Positions 42,780 through 58,075 of a stretch of DNA of 64,000 bases are shown here, piece by piece. Position numbers and translations under genes: made by a program. The stretch's first letter is position 1. Each line of letters begins with the position of its first letter. Source of the stretch: the human T2T-CHM13v2.0 reference genome, Homo sapiens; the NCBI RefSeq assembly GCF_009914755.1, contig NC_060930.1; one strand, 5' to 3'. The notes beneath the pieces are model-generated. The model saw only the letters and a list, made by a program, of their open reading frames with translations, did not search any database and was not told the DNA's origin.

Positions 42780-43500
42780 GATCCTTGGAAGCCTGGGAGC
42801 AGGGCGTGCAGTGGAGTCAAAGACTTGGGCAACACTGAGAAGAATCTCAGTGTTGTAGACTGAATTCATGCCTCAGTCTAAGGAGATATGACATGGGAGT
42901 GAATGTCTAGTATAGTGTGGAGGACAAGATCACTAGGAAAGAGAAGGTCAAGAAACTCTAGGAGGGATCTCTGAAGTGATTAGAAAGAGGAGGAAGGTTG
43001 TGAGAGCGACAGTATGCCTGGAGTGAAGATTGGTGAAAATTAGGGTGAGTGACACAGGAGTAAGAAAATGATGGCAATAATGAGTGGTACAGGGTGATCT
43101 AATCTGATGATGTGGGGCTCAAATTTGGAGATTTTAAGGGAGCTCTTGCAAATGACAGTTTTTCACCCCTTTCTACCACTGTTCAATAGGTGGAATAAGT
43201 AATTCTTCTCACTCCTCATTGCCTCTTTTCTGCCTCTTGGGTAGTGGTAGAAACGGGTGAAAAACTATCACTTCCAAGAGCTGCCAGGAAAGTAATGACT
43301 TAATGGAAAAGTCAGGTTTCTTAGATCGAGAAAGTAAAAGGAGTATCCAGAAAAGAGGGTGGATGTACAGTGATTACTGCTGCTGCTGAAGGCCTATCAG
43401 CAATTAAAGAGAAGTGGGTTACAGGAATAAAAGAGGGAAATATAGAGTCTTTCAGGTATTGGAGTATGGATGAGGGGGTGACCTTAGTCAGGAGGAGTTC
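42780..43500 (-). mobile_element. L2 LINE relic containing an inverted duplication
   Basis: Purine-rich antisense L2 motifs (ggtcaagaaact..., aagtcaggtttc..., gcaatgaggag). Boundaries approximate. Confidence 0.6.
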
Positions 43501-44193
43501 CTGTAGTGGCTTATATAAGGGGAGAGAAAGTAAACATTTCCATGATGACCAACTAATATCTTCAATGATGACATATCAGGAACCACTGCTTTTAGATTTC
43601 TCACTTAAATTTGTTTTGGAAAAATTTATTCCAGATTTTAACACTTCCCACTCTTAAAACCGAATATGCATTCAACATATTTATTGATTCTAAAATGTTA
43701 TAAAATACCTGCTTTTGTTTGGCACTTTGCTTGTCTCCTTCTTATATCATTATTGTATCTTTCATGCAGTGATTTCTGTGGTCTCAGCCCCCCACATGGT
43801 GATCAGCTACCTCAGGGAAGTCCTGTGCTACTTTGCTTCTCTCCATGAATTATAAACCTAAGGGACAGGCAATTGAGAGGAACCACAAAGAGTTCAAAGT
43901 AAACAGGGTTTAATCAATGTATCAGATGCCGGGTGGCAACTCTGTTTTAAAAGTCAAAGTCAAGTTAAAGTGTGGGGTTGTCTGCCACATAAGGGGACCT
44001 CAAAAATCAGATTTTTAATAAAGTTGCTTCCAATAAGAATACTATCATTCTATGATCTTAACAGACTAAACCTGAATCTGAAATTGACATTATAAACCAG
44101 AAAATTAGCCAGAACTACACCTGGTGCATTGATGGAGTAAAAGAGAAGGAACCGACAAAAATACTAGAGCAGCAGATTTTTGGGGTCAATGTT

Positions 44194-44331
44194 AAGTGAT
44201 CATTTATTCTGATTTGCTTGGAGATGTTCATGGTTGTATCTCTTGTCCCCCCGTCCAAAAAAAATGTTTCCAGTGCCCCTTTTCACGTTCTAAAATGAAA
44301 TTGACTTGGATGATGAATTATCTGATCACTT
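44194..44331 (-). mobile_element. MER94-like hAT-Blackjack MITE
   Basis: agtgatcat...gtgcccctttc...ttggatgatgaattatctgatcact with short TIRs. Confidence 0.5.
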
Positions 44332-45934
44332 GAGATACAGTGGATTGAAAAATGAAAATGAACACACCAGTAAGATACACAGACACTAAATACACATGAT
44401 TTAGTTGAAATAAAAGTGCCATCTACTCACTCTGCACATACTTTTAAAATGAAAGCATGACTTTCATGCTTCACCTTCTCTTTTTCTCCTAGCAAGAGAG
44501 AAAAGCAACTTTGTCTCTTTATTTTTAACATTTACTACTTATTGATTTATGTTTAGATAGCTTTAGGACTTTTAATTAATCTTTATTTGAAGACTTAGTG
44601 GAGAATATTTGGGCTAAATTTTAAATATCTCTGTACAGACAATTAAGTTCAAATAAGTATTACCCTGACTTAACTTGAATTATTTTTTTTACCCTGCTAT
44701 AATTAGAGAAGCATAAGTGAGACAAACCCTTTTCTAAAATATATTCGGAAAAAAAATTGCTGTATCTGTCCTAGAGGAAGTGTGCATTTTGTCCATACCA
44801 AGTTTCTCCCTTGCTGGAATCTGAGTGATTTTGTATTTCACAAGTGGCTTTGTGAAGAACAATACAAAAGCGTTTGGGTAGAAAAAAAAGATGTCAGGAT
44901 TTGTAATCAGAAGTCCTGTATTTGTTTCTGGTTGCACCATTCATTAGTTCAGTAACTAAGCGTAAGCAGATTACCTAAATTCTCTACACTTCAGTTTCCT
45001 TATCTGTACAATTATTATTCCACAAGCAGAAAAGCACTTTCAGAGTGGGTGAAGATTAAATAAGAAAATATGTATGAAAGGGCTTATCACAGCACCTGGC
45101 ACCCAGTCCCTCAAATGTCACATAGCGACTCTACTTCCAGTTTCTGTTTCAATCTATAGCTTGTTATATGAGAACAGCTTTTAATAACGATATTTTCAAG
45201 ATGCTACTAGTTCCCAAATCAAGGGCTATATTTAGTACATTCTCCTTGATAGGGCAGAAAGGGAAATTAATACACTTTCAATTTGGCAATAATTTTTCCT
45301 AAGAAATTAAAGAAGACTTAATAAATAAAGAAGCCTTAATTAACCTGGCAGACCATTTATCTAAAGACTACATACCCTGGGCATTCTGATTAATCCAAAT
45401 TTTATATGAGGCTAATATCAGGCAATTTATGTAGTTAAAGACCAAATTAATTTTATTTATGTGCACATACTGCCACGTTTTTCTTGTCTACATCATATAT
45501 TTTTTGTAAGAGGCAATAATAAACTCCTATTCATCACATAGTTTATCTGTTCTTTCTTCCAGAAACTTGTTATTTCTCCCAGATACTTGTTTATATCCTG
45601 ACATAATTCTCCGTATCAACCTTTGACTAGAATCAAATGTTAGAAATGGAATTAGAATTCATACAGCAAAAGGCTAATTATCCCAATTTGATCATTATAC
45701 ATTGTATACACATATTATCAAACTATCACTCTATATCCTATATGTATGTAAAATTATTACCCATCACCTAAAAAGAAAAAGAAAAAAAGGAAAGGAAAGA
45801 AAAAAAGGAAATAGTTTAAATGCCAATATATCTAAGAATTATTGCTAGAAGTCTTCCTTTTATCTAACTTACTTCTTATAGGAACGTTCCTAGAGGAATG
45901 TCTACCAGGTAAATGTTCTCTCCATTTTAGAAGT

Positions 45935-46323
45935 CGTTAAATCAAGTTTAGCCTAAAGCAGCCCCTTAAATATTTTAAATTTGGCTTAAAGCTTTCCCCA
46001 GACATCATGAACTATAACCTAAATGAAGGTGTAAACAGACCGTAACCTACTCTTGTGCCAATCTCCAAGTTTTGGCCAAAGGTGGTCAACTGTTCAAAAC
46101 ACGTTCAAAAAAGGCAAATGCCAAGCTGTACCCAATCTGGCTGTTTCTGCCCTCAGTTCTGTTTTCTGAGCATCACTTTCCTTTTTCTGTCCATAAATCT
46201 TCTAACATGTGGCTGTACTGGAGTCTCTCTGAGCCTATTGAGGCTCAGAGGCTACCAGATTCACAAATCAATCTTTGCTCAAACTCGGTTAAACTTAATT
46301 TGGCTATCGTATTGCTTTTAACA
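45935..46323 (+). mobile_element. MER57-type ERV1 solo LTR
   Basis: gttaaatcaagtttagcctaaagc...gtaaacagac...aaggcaaatgccaagctgta...cttttaaca. Confidence 0.82.
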
Positions 46324-46432
46324 AAATGAAATCTGAGTTTTGAAAAATTTAAGTAATTTGTCCATGTTCCAAGCAACGGAATAAAAATTTGAACCTAGTG
46401 TGTTAGATTTCAAAGACTATGAATACTCTATA

Positions 46433-46676
46433 CAGTTGACCCTTGAACAACACGGATTTGAACTGCGGAGTCCACTTATACACAGTTTTATTTTTTTCAA
46501 CCAAAAGTGACCTGCAAGTACAGTATTCACAGGATGCAAAACTGCATAGTATAAGAAGCACTGACTTTTCCCATATGTGGGTTTTGCAGGGCCAACTGGG
46601 CACTTGAGTGTACATGGATGTGGTTATCCTCGGGTGGTCATGGAACCAATCCGCCATGGAGGCCAAGGGAAGACTG
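46433..46676 (+). mobile_element. MER8 (Tigger) MITE
   Basis: ta|cagttgacccttgaacaacacggatttgaactgc...ggaaccaatcc...gggaagactg. Confidence 0.85.
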
Positions 46677-46839
46677 CATCTATTAGTGATCATATTGTAT
46701 GCTACCGATTTAAAAGTGATGGCAGATGTCATTTCTATATACGGAAGAATTCCTTCATAAAATGGAACTGGAGACTGGTAGGGTTGGCCTTAGCAGTTAA
46801 CAGTATATGCTACTGTTGGTGACTACATATGTTATGTGG

Positions 46840-47229
46840 TGATATGGTTTGGCTCTGCGTCCCCACCCAAGTCTCATCTTGAACAGTAATCCCCACATGT
46901 TGAGGGAGGGGTCTGGTGGGAGGTGACTGAATCATGGGGGCAGACTTCCTCCTTGCTGTTCTTGTGATAGTGAGTGAGTTCTCGTAAGATCTGGTTGTTT
47001 GAAAGTATGTGGTACTTCCCCCTTCACTCTCTCTCTCTCTCTCTCCTGCCACCAAAAGAAGACATGCCTTGTTTCCCCGTCACCTTCTGCCATGATTATA
47101 AGTTTTCCTGAGACCCCCAAGTCATGCTTCCTGTTAAGTCTGCAGAACTGTGAGTCAATTAAACATTTCCTTGATAAATTACCTAATCTCAGGTAGTTCT
47201 TTATAGCAGTGTGAAAATGGACTAATACA
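46840..47229 (+). mobile_element. THE1D/MSTA MaLR solo LTR
   Basis: tgatatggtttggctctg...ggactaataca. 5-bp TSD tgtgg / ggtgg. Confidence 0.9.
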
Positions 47230-47712
47230 GGTGGTTATGAATTGGTACCTACCAACAAGGTATCAAATCCATTGTTTGGCATTTCTGCCATCAATGCAAC
47301 GATCTGCCTTTGTACTTGAAGGCATTTTGCTTCTGCACAGTCTTCTATTAAGGGAAATGATAAGCCTTATCACTTAACTCAGTGCTAACAGTTGGACCCC
47401 AGCTGATGCTCTGAGAGAGTCTGATGGGACACCAGCAAGGAGGACAGGAAATGGAACATGACAGAGACACACTTTGTCTCTAGTTTTTCTCTAGGGGTAA
47501 AACAGGCAAAATTAACACATCTTACCTGTCAAGTAAAATTACAAGAATAACATGTATGTATGTAAGTGAACCTGTGTGAAAATTCAGACAGACTAGTTCT
47601 AGAGTTGTCACATTCTTACCAATGTGATTTGGACTATGCAGGAACAAACCAATCAATTATACTGGAACTCTATATATTGATACATATCTTTACTAGTAAA
47701 ACAAACAGGGTC

Positions 47713-47834
47713 TGATATGGTTTGGCTCTGTGTCCCACTCAAATCTCATCTCGTGTTGAGGGAGGGACCTGGTGAGAGGTGATTGGATCATGGGGGCAGC
47801 TTCCCCCATGCCGTTCTCATGATAGTGAGTGAGT
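47713..47834 (+). mobile_element. Truncated THE1/MST LTR 5' fragment
   Basis: tgatatggtttggctctgtgtccc...gatagtgagtgagt, then abrupt end. Confidence 0.85.
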
Positions 47835-49804
47835 AACGCTGTCAATGTCACAGAGATGGTTCCTTAGAGTTTCTCCAGGCCCCTCTCTACATGTGGAGGA
47901 ATCTAATCACAGTTGTCAACTGAGGCCTGGCCTATGTGGGCAGATCCTCGAATGTTTTTTCTTTTCTGAATATTACTTTCTTTCAAATGCTAATAAGGGT
48001 TAGGCCCAAAGCATTTTGTTGTCCCCTTCAAATAAAGAAAAACTACAATGCAAACATTAGGCATTCCATGTTCATTGTGTATGTGTCTTGTTTTATGCAT
48101 TCTATCTTAAAATATTTATTTTTAGTCACTGCCCTGATACTCAGTGGCTGGCAGTTAGTAGACTCTCAGCCATAACTGCTGAATGAATAAAATGAATTCT
48201 ACAACAAGCTTTTGCTATTGAAAAGCATTATGGTGGTATATTACATCCATCTCAGAATTTTTATAGCTCAGTGAATAAAGAATATGGCTAATGGGTGTAG
48301 AATTTCTTACAATAACCCAGACAGCACTCTTCAGTTATTCTTTTCCAATTTCGTTAGCTGAAAACCAGGGACAATACAATAAATCACAAGATATACAGGA
48401 GGATCTAACATTTGAGTAATGACCTGCTGCTGGACTGTAACACAGCATTAGGAGTTTCAGTTTAATCAAACAGTGGTTAAGGAATAATGGGCTGAGATGT
48501 TTCATATCTTTATGATGACATCTCTAGAAGTAACTTTTTATTCCCTTTGTGTTCATAATTTATTTAATATATGCCATAATTATTACCACTGATACGATAG
48601 TTATATTTCCGTGACCTTCAGCAGAAGGCGGGGTGGAGGATGCTGTTGTGAGCTGTTGGCTTCTGTCACCGGCTCCTCCAGGACAGCAGAGCCACACTTC
48701 CTCTCAAGTGCTGCTACCACCCTTTTCTCCTAGCAACCATATTATGTTAAAGTGCAGTTGCTGAGGTTGCCAGGATATTCGTCTATTCTTGTCCTCCATG
48801 ATCAAACCAAAGGCAAGAGAAAGTGTAAACCAAACTGAGGCAAACACACAGGTAGAGAGACCCCGAAAAACCAAATGCCAGCCTATTCTTGAGAAGAAAT
48901 AAATTGAGCAAATTATTCTGTTGTTAATGCTTTAAAAATGTATCTTATCTTTTCTTTTCTTTTGGGTAAAATCAGGAAACAAATTTTAAAGACAATCCAC
49001 AAAAGAATGGCTATTAAACGTTTTAAGACAAAACCACATTATCATTAGTCAGTAGAAGCTACTTTTTCCCAATAGAGGAAGAGAGGTAAACATCTTAAAA
49101 TTGTCAGAGTGACCTGGAAGATTCTAAACCATAATTACCATCCAGCTTCACATATAAAAGCTTTGAAGAGGATACCACATCTTATTGAACCAAAGATATC
49201 ATTGATTGTAAAATGTGTACTGATTTCTGGAATGTGAAAAATATGTATCTTAGAATTATTGAAACATGACACATTACTCATTTGATATTTCAATCAGTTG
49301 TGAGATAAAATATCCTATGTATTTACAGAAAAAGAGCAGAACCCACGTTTTCAGAGTCACATAGCTAATAAGGGGTAGAGACATAATTCAAATCCATATC
49401 TGTTTGACGATTATGTTCAAACTCATCTTAATTCAATGTTGTTTCTTCAATTCATTGCACAGATAGTAGATAAAAAGTGTTATTGAATAACATGCTTATA
49501 GAACTCGATAGCTGTTGACATGTTTGTTATACTCCTAGTAATTCACTAGGTATCACTAGGCCTGTTTTTATAAATGGGAATAACCGGGCCTAAAAAAATT
49601 GAATGACTCACTCAAGGTCATATAATTAGAAAGTAACAGAGCCAGGAGTGAAACCCAAGATAAATGACTCTGAATCCAGAACATGTTTGACTAAAGTCAG
49701 ACATTAACCAGCTCCCAGATCTGAAATTAGAACATGGACGTAAAGATAATTCAAAGAGAAATGTATCTGTTGGATACATAGGAAAAGCTGTTGCACATGT
49801 CAGA

Positions 49805-51760
49805 CGGATTCATTAATTTATTCAATAAACATTTACTGAATGGTTACTGTGAGTTAGGCTCTATTTTAGTACCTAGGATACAGTAGTGAATAAAATACCT
49901 AAAATCACATGGAACATTTAAGAGTTATAGAGAGAAACAGGTTGGAAGGAGGAGGATGGGGGAATTTATATTTTAAATAGTGGCTAAGGAAGGTGCTTGC
50001 AGTGAGCAGAGATCACGCCACTGCACTCCAGCCTGGGCTACAGAGCGAGACTCTTGTCTCAAAAAAAAAAAAAAGAAAAGAAAAGGAAGGCACCCCTGAA
50101 AAGGTTACATCTGAGAAAGAAAAAGGAGATAAGAAAGTGAGCTACATGGATATCTGGGGGAGGAACATTTCAGGCAGGAGGAAGGAAAATGGCCTGGTTG
50201 TGAATGTCCTGGCTCATTATTGCATGAACAGCTGAGAGGCTGGATGGCCAGAGCAGAATCAGAAAGGAAGAGCCTGGAAGGTGATCAGTACCAAAGGCAT
50301 GGGGGTGGACAGACAGATCACACTGGGCCTTGAGGGCCAATGTAAGGACTTTGGGATTTACACAGAACTAAATGATGACCTTAGGGACAGCAGCCTCATG
50401 GAATTCAGAACCCAGTCAGGTTCAATAACTCTGTCCTAGGCATCCCAAATACGTCTACTTCATCGTCCAATTTAATCTCAGGCTACCTGCCATGTAGTTG
50501 TTGTTCTGTCTACCTTGTTGCTGTGCTATAAACTGTGGCTTATTCTAGAGAGGGTTGACAGCTCCATGGACAGCTAACAAATAAATATTTATTAAGGACC
50601 TATTATCTGTGCTGGGCATTTAGAAAAGCGCCTACCGCATCCTGCTGCCACCCCGGGCTCAGCCTCCTACCAAAAATAAAATAAAATAAAAAATAAAAAG
50701 ATGATTTAGTTGCCACTCACAATGAGCTTATAACTTAGCTGTGAAATCATGAAGGTCTATACCAAGTGTTCGCTGCTGGAAAGGCAAGCTCAGAATTATG
50801 ATCATGCCAGGAGTAGCCAGAGACAGTTTAATTTAAAAAAATGCTTGAGGTGAGGTCTGGCAGCAGTATGTAAGGTGAAGTCTTCCAAGTGGATGAAGGC
50901 AGGTAAAACATCTCATCCAGAGGTGACAGCATGGACAAAAACAAGGAGGCCTAAATAGCATGGCTTACTTTTTAAAGATTCATTCATTCATCAGTGTGGC
51001 TGAGGCATAAGGTGTCTGAGAGGTGGTGGCAGCGAAGGACAGACAGGCAGAAGGAATCAGGGGAGGAGCCATGCAAAAATCTCTAGATTTCATTCTGTAG
51101 GTAATGGGGAGGCACTGAATGCTTTCAGACTGTAGTGTGGCATCAGGAGTCTCATGTGAACACTTTGGCACCTGCATGGAAGAGAAGTGGAGCGAAATGG
51201 CAATGGAGGCAGGGAGGCTGCCACAACAGTCCAGGCAAGAGGATGATGGGAACTGGGAGAGCAGAAACGGAGAAACAGAACAGAGGTAAGGAGTCCTGAA
51301 GAGGTAGACTGAGCCCTGGTTATGGATAGTTTACATATGGGTGTAACTGAGAAGGGGGTCAAGGTCAACTCCTGGGGACTGTGTAGAAGCCACCCTTTGG
51401 TAAGAGTATGAGAAGGAAAGGGGTTACTCATAGAGAAGACAGGAATGCACATGTCACGTTCTGATGCAGGCAGTTTCAATGGAAGCGGACGTCACTATGA
51501 GGTGGCCAGGCAAGGAATCATAAAGGCCTCAGGACTTTACCTTAGACCTTAAAGGATGGTTGGGACTTAGAAAAGTGAAGGGAAGCATGCACAGCATTTC
51601 AGGCTGAAAACAGCTGAGCAAAGGCACACAGAAGTGGCAAAAGAGAAACAATTTTCTGGGGTAAGTATATGGGATTTTGCAAGCAGGAGAGGGTAGAAGA
51701 AAAGGGATGAAGAGGCTGGCCCTTGAATGGTTTGGGGTTTACATTCAGGACTTTTTTTTT
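49805..51760 (-). mobile_element. L2 LINE fragments (several)
   Basis: cattaatttattcaataaacatttactga L2 3' end, plus ggacttt ggatttta and gtaggtaatggggagg motifs. Boundaries approximate. Confidence 0.6.
49995..50083 (+). mobile_element. Severely 5'-truncated Alu (AluY-like 3' end)
   Basis: gcttgcagtgagc...gtctc plus A-tail. TSD aaggaagg. Confidence 0.85.
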
Positions 51761-51883
51761 TTCAGGAAGGGAGAATTCACTAAGTTCACTGTTTTGTAAG
51801 GCAACTGGTTTCACTGTTGATCAACAATCCTGGAGAGTAATGGTAGCCATCATAAACATGCCAATGACATTAATTCATAGTAA

Positions 51884-52177
<294 letters not shown>

Positions 52178-52288
52178 TAATTCTCTGTCATACTAGGATT
52201 CACGGAGTTCTACAGCCAGAGCTAGAACTCATTTCTCTTGATGGCATCTCTGGATTAAAATAATATTTTAGTAGTTTGGTATTCATAA

Positions 52289-52675
<387 letters not shown>

Positions 52676-53959
52676 TTAACAATACTTTATTTAAATATTT
52701 TATTTCATCTTGGAGCCTTTAGCTGTTTTTATAAGTTAAACCAAATAAATTCTGTAATGAATGTTTTATGCTGTTTGTAAAAAAAAATATTCAAGTACAA
52801 AATCAACTTCTTAAAGCCTATATTATATTATCTATTATATTGGGGACTATGGTAATGAAATTTTAACTCCACCCAAACACACAACTTAAAAAAAATAATA
52901 TTTAAAAGTCTTAGCTGTAAAAATATCACTTGCTCTGTTTCACCTGAAATCGTTGCAAGTGTTGGTTGGGTACCTGCTACGTCTTCTCCACATCTATCAT
53001 TTCAAAACAAATAAAACACCAACAGGTGCATTAGCTATCATTACATATTTTCCTGGAATACATTCAGATTCTTTTCTTTCATTTCCCCTTAGCAGCAATC
53101 AAATCCCTAACAGCTCTTGATAATTTCTCATTTCTTGCTTCAGTGCCATTCTTGAAAACAAAGCCATCCGTTATTGTGTATATGTCATTTAAAAAAATCA
53201 CAGGTAAAAGGGGAGCTCAGATGGCTCCAAATGAGTGCTTTCAGGAAATAGTGCTTCTCCTATGATATGATTGGAAACCCTGAGTTCATGTCAGTTATGG
53301 GGCAATCTCCAAAATATCCATCCTCTCCCGTCCCCCAAAAAGTGCCACCTCCTTTTTTGTTATTTGAGGCTGCTTCTGCTCTTCATTCATTTCATTCCCA
53401 TTCTGGCTGAGCACATTATACAGCCTCCGTACATAATTTTCCCAAAAGTTTAGACAAAATAAAATTGCTGCATTCCATCTTATCACCTAATATGCATCTG
53501 AGGAACATATTCCTTTAGGTTTTCTATCTCCATTAAATGTGATCTAAATTTTCTGGTATATCTCAAAATTCTTCTGCTTCAGTTAATTATGCTCTAAATT
53601 CTCAGAAATGTACCTCAGAATACTAGGAAACAAGTTTGGCAGGCAAATGGCAGAAATGGCACAGGGATGAAGATGAAACAGGCATTCATTCCTGGGAAAT
53701 TCCTGGAGGGAAGTCAGATTTCCAGCCTGAGAAAAAATAAGCTCACTTCTCCCCCTTGTGCCCAGAACTTCAGATGCTATGAGCCATATATTTCCTTGAA
53801 TGAGAGAAGGCAAGAGGGTGGAATCTCCTTCTTTTGACCTCTCATTCCAACATTTCTATACTGCAATTAATACATTTGTAGTAGTACAATATATTGGTTT
53901 GAAACAGACTGATGTCAGTTTTTAAAACAATTAAGGTGTAGAAAATTCCCCTACATTCC

Positions 53960-54792
<833 letters not shown>

Positions 54793-56517
54793 AGAAAATT
54801 CCCCTACATTCCAATCTGATACAGCCACTACGCCTCTGGTACCCCTTCACTTAGCCTTATGTATTTGTACCTAATTAATGTATGAATGCAAGAGTGTGCA
54901 TGTGTGTGTTTGCGTGTAGACAGACAGATCAATCTTTATAGCCTTGCTCTACAAAGGAGTCCAAATGGAGCTCTATGAACCAATTAAAAAAACCTCAAAG
55001 ACCAAGTATAGCCATCTCATGGGGGCAGGCATTTTTGTCTGTTTTGTTCCCTAGTCAATCTGCATCTCTCAGAACAGTGCTAGCACATAGTGGGTGCTCA
55101 GTAAGTAATTTGTTTAATCAAAATCACTTACTCCTCTTTCCCAGACTATTTCTATAAAAGCCAAATGCAATCAAACATTAGAAACAAGCAAATAAACGAT
55201 AAAACAATACAGGAAGTAAATGTAGTTTCTTACTCCATGGTTTGAAAAATCTGCAGCTAAACGCCATTTTTTTTCATTTTTATTATTTCAACTTCAATTT
55301 CCTGTTTATCCCCTTCTTTTGAATGACAGTTCACTGTTCTGCCTTCACATAAGAGACGAGTGTATATTAAAATCTACCTTATTTCACATTTGCATTCCAA
55401 AGGGTACTTTCCCAATGAGTTTATGAGGCAATTATTTTTCCTTTAAATGTTCATTTCCATTTTTTAAGAGTATCTTCTTACTTGGTCAATTGCACACAGG
55501 CAACATTCACTAGATTGGACATCCTCTTGTGGAACAATCTAACAAATTATAGTCAGGAAAGTCTTTGCTTACTTGTGTGTTTGTTTTAGCAGCCGCACAT
55601 TTGGTTAATGGACTAAGTAATACAGACAATATCACGATCAAACCTCCTCTTTCAGCATGGAAGGAAAATTAGATTGTATTTTAATCTGTCCTTTGCAAAG
55701 CTGTAAATACTTTTTATCATTTCAGATGCTTCAAGTAAAGCCATTAGAAAAAAACCAATTTGTAACATTTGTCTCACAACATCTTTCTTCTGGTTAGGAG
55801 TTAAAATATTAGAGATAAGGAGATGAGACAAAAAAGGACCCATGGACTTGGAGAGTGTCAGGGTGCCATTTAAACTTATCATGCTATATGAGTCTAAAAC
55901 CTTTTGCTTGTCCGGAACCTTGGGGAAATTCCACTATCTCTAAACTGCAAACTTGCCCCCTGGGGCCCTGAGGCAAAGCCCAACATGGTGCCTGAATAAT
56001 CAAAATTTCTTCCAAACATGAGATCTAACCTAAAAAACATACAAATAGATAAACAAATGAATCCATAAAAATGATATACTGTTTCTTAATATTTGTTTTT
56101 ACTTTGATATGGAAACATTTTAAATTTCTCAAGAATGAATACAATTGATATTCTAGGAAATACCATGGTATTTTTCCTGACCCTTCTCCATTGATAATTT
56201 TGCTTTTCACGGCCAAGAAGCTCCATAGACCCAAAATCAGTGTCAAGAGAGTTTTGTTTGGTTCTACTACCCACCTCAGGCTGCTGTTAAGTTTCCTCTA
56301 GTTACTCTTCTCCTCTCCGTAGTTCTTTTAAACAACCAGTCCACATTCAAAGAGATGTTTGGCTCACTTCCTAGTCTATCTCCAGTCTTTCCTTTCCTGG
56401 TTCTAGTTTCCTCTTCAATTCTGATGAGCTTCTCTCTACCAGCACCTCTGCTTTTACATTTGTATGTCAGCAACTTGCTTTATACTTTAGGCAATTTTGA
56501 TGGACTCTTTACTGCCA

Positions 56518-56521
<4 letters not shown>

Positions 56522-56563
<42 letters not shown>
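56522..56563. repeat. (CA)n microsatellite
   Basis: About 20 AC units. Confidence 0.98.
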
Positions 56564-56565
<2 letters not shown>

Positions 56566-58075
56566 CAATATAATAAGGGTTTTGTTTTTAGCTACCAGGA
56601 AGGGTCATAAAAGGATGCATTGACTAATGACTCTTAGAAAGAACCCTGCGACATTATTAATGCAATAATAGCACAGATAGTCTCCAAAATTTAAATGGGC
56701 ACTATATTAGTCTGTTTTCACACTGCTATAAAGAAATACCTGGTGGCTGGCAAGATGGCCAAATAGGAACAGCTCCAGTCTGCAGGTCACAGTGAGATCA
56801 ACGCAGAAGGCAGGTGATTTCTGCATTTCCAACTGAGGTACCCAGCTCATCTCATTGCGACTGCTTAGACAGTGGGTGCAGCCCACAGAGGGCGAGCCGA
56901 AGCAGGATAGGGCATCGTCTCACCAGGGAAGCGCAAGCGGTTGGGGAACTCCCTCCCCTAGCCAAGGGAAACCATGAGGAAATGTGCTGTGAGGAATGGT
57001 GCACTCCGGCCTAGGTACTACACTTTTCCCACGGTCTTCACAACCCGCAGACCAGGAGATTCCCTCAGGTGCCTACACCACCAGGGCCCTGGGTTTCGAG
57101 CACAAAACTGGGCAGCCATTTGGGCAGACACCAAGCTAGCTGCAGGAGTGTTTTTTTTTTTCATACCCCAGCAGTGCCTGGAATGCCAGTGAGACAGAAC
57201 TGTTCACTCCCCTGGAAAGGGGGCTGAAGTCAGGGAGCCAAGTGGTCTAGCTCAGCGGATCCCACCCCCACGGAGCCCAGCAAGCTAAGCTCCACTGGCT
57301 TGAAATTCTTGCTGCCGGCACAGCAGTCTGAACTTGCTGGGATGCTCGAGCTTAGTCGGGGGAGGGGCGTCCGCCATTACTGAGGCTTGAGTAGGCAGTT
57401 TTCCCCTCACAGTCTAAACAAAGCCGCCAGGAAGTTCAAACTGGGCTGACCCCACCACAGCTCTGCCAGGCCGCTGTAGCCAGACTGCCTCTCTAGATTC
57501 CTCCACTCTGGGCAGGGCATCTCTGAAAGAAAGGCAACAGCCCCAGTCAGGGGCTTATAGATAAAGCTCCCATGTCCCTGGGACAGAGCACCTGGGGGAA
57601 GGGGTGGCTGTGGGTGCAGCTTCAGCAGATTTAAATGTTCCTGCCTGCCAGCTCTGAAGAGAGCAGCGGATCTTCCAGCACAGCACTTGAGCTCTGCTAA
57701 GGGACCGACTGCCTCCTCAAGTGGGTCCCTGACCCCCATGCCTCCTGACTGGGAGACACCTCCCAGCAGGGGTTGACAGACACCTCATACAGGAGAGCTA
57801 CAGCTGGCATCTGGTGGGTGCCCCTCTGGGACAAAGCTTCCAGAGGAAGGAACAGGCAGCAATCTTTGCTGTTCTGCAGCCTCTGCTGGTGATACCCAGG
57901 CAAACAGGGTCTGGAGTGGACCTCCTGTAAACTCCAGCAGCAGGGGGGCCTGACTCTTAGAAGCAAAACTAGCAAACAGAAAGGAATAGCATCAACATCA
58001 ACAAAAAGGACGTCCACACAAACCCCATCCGAAGGTCACCAACATCAAAGACCAAAGGTAGATAAATCCACAAAG

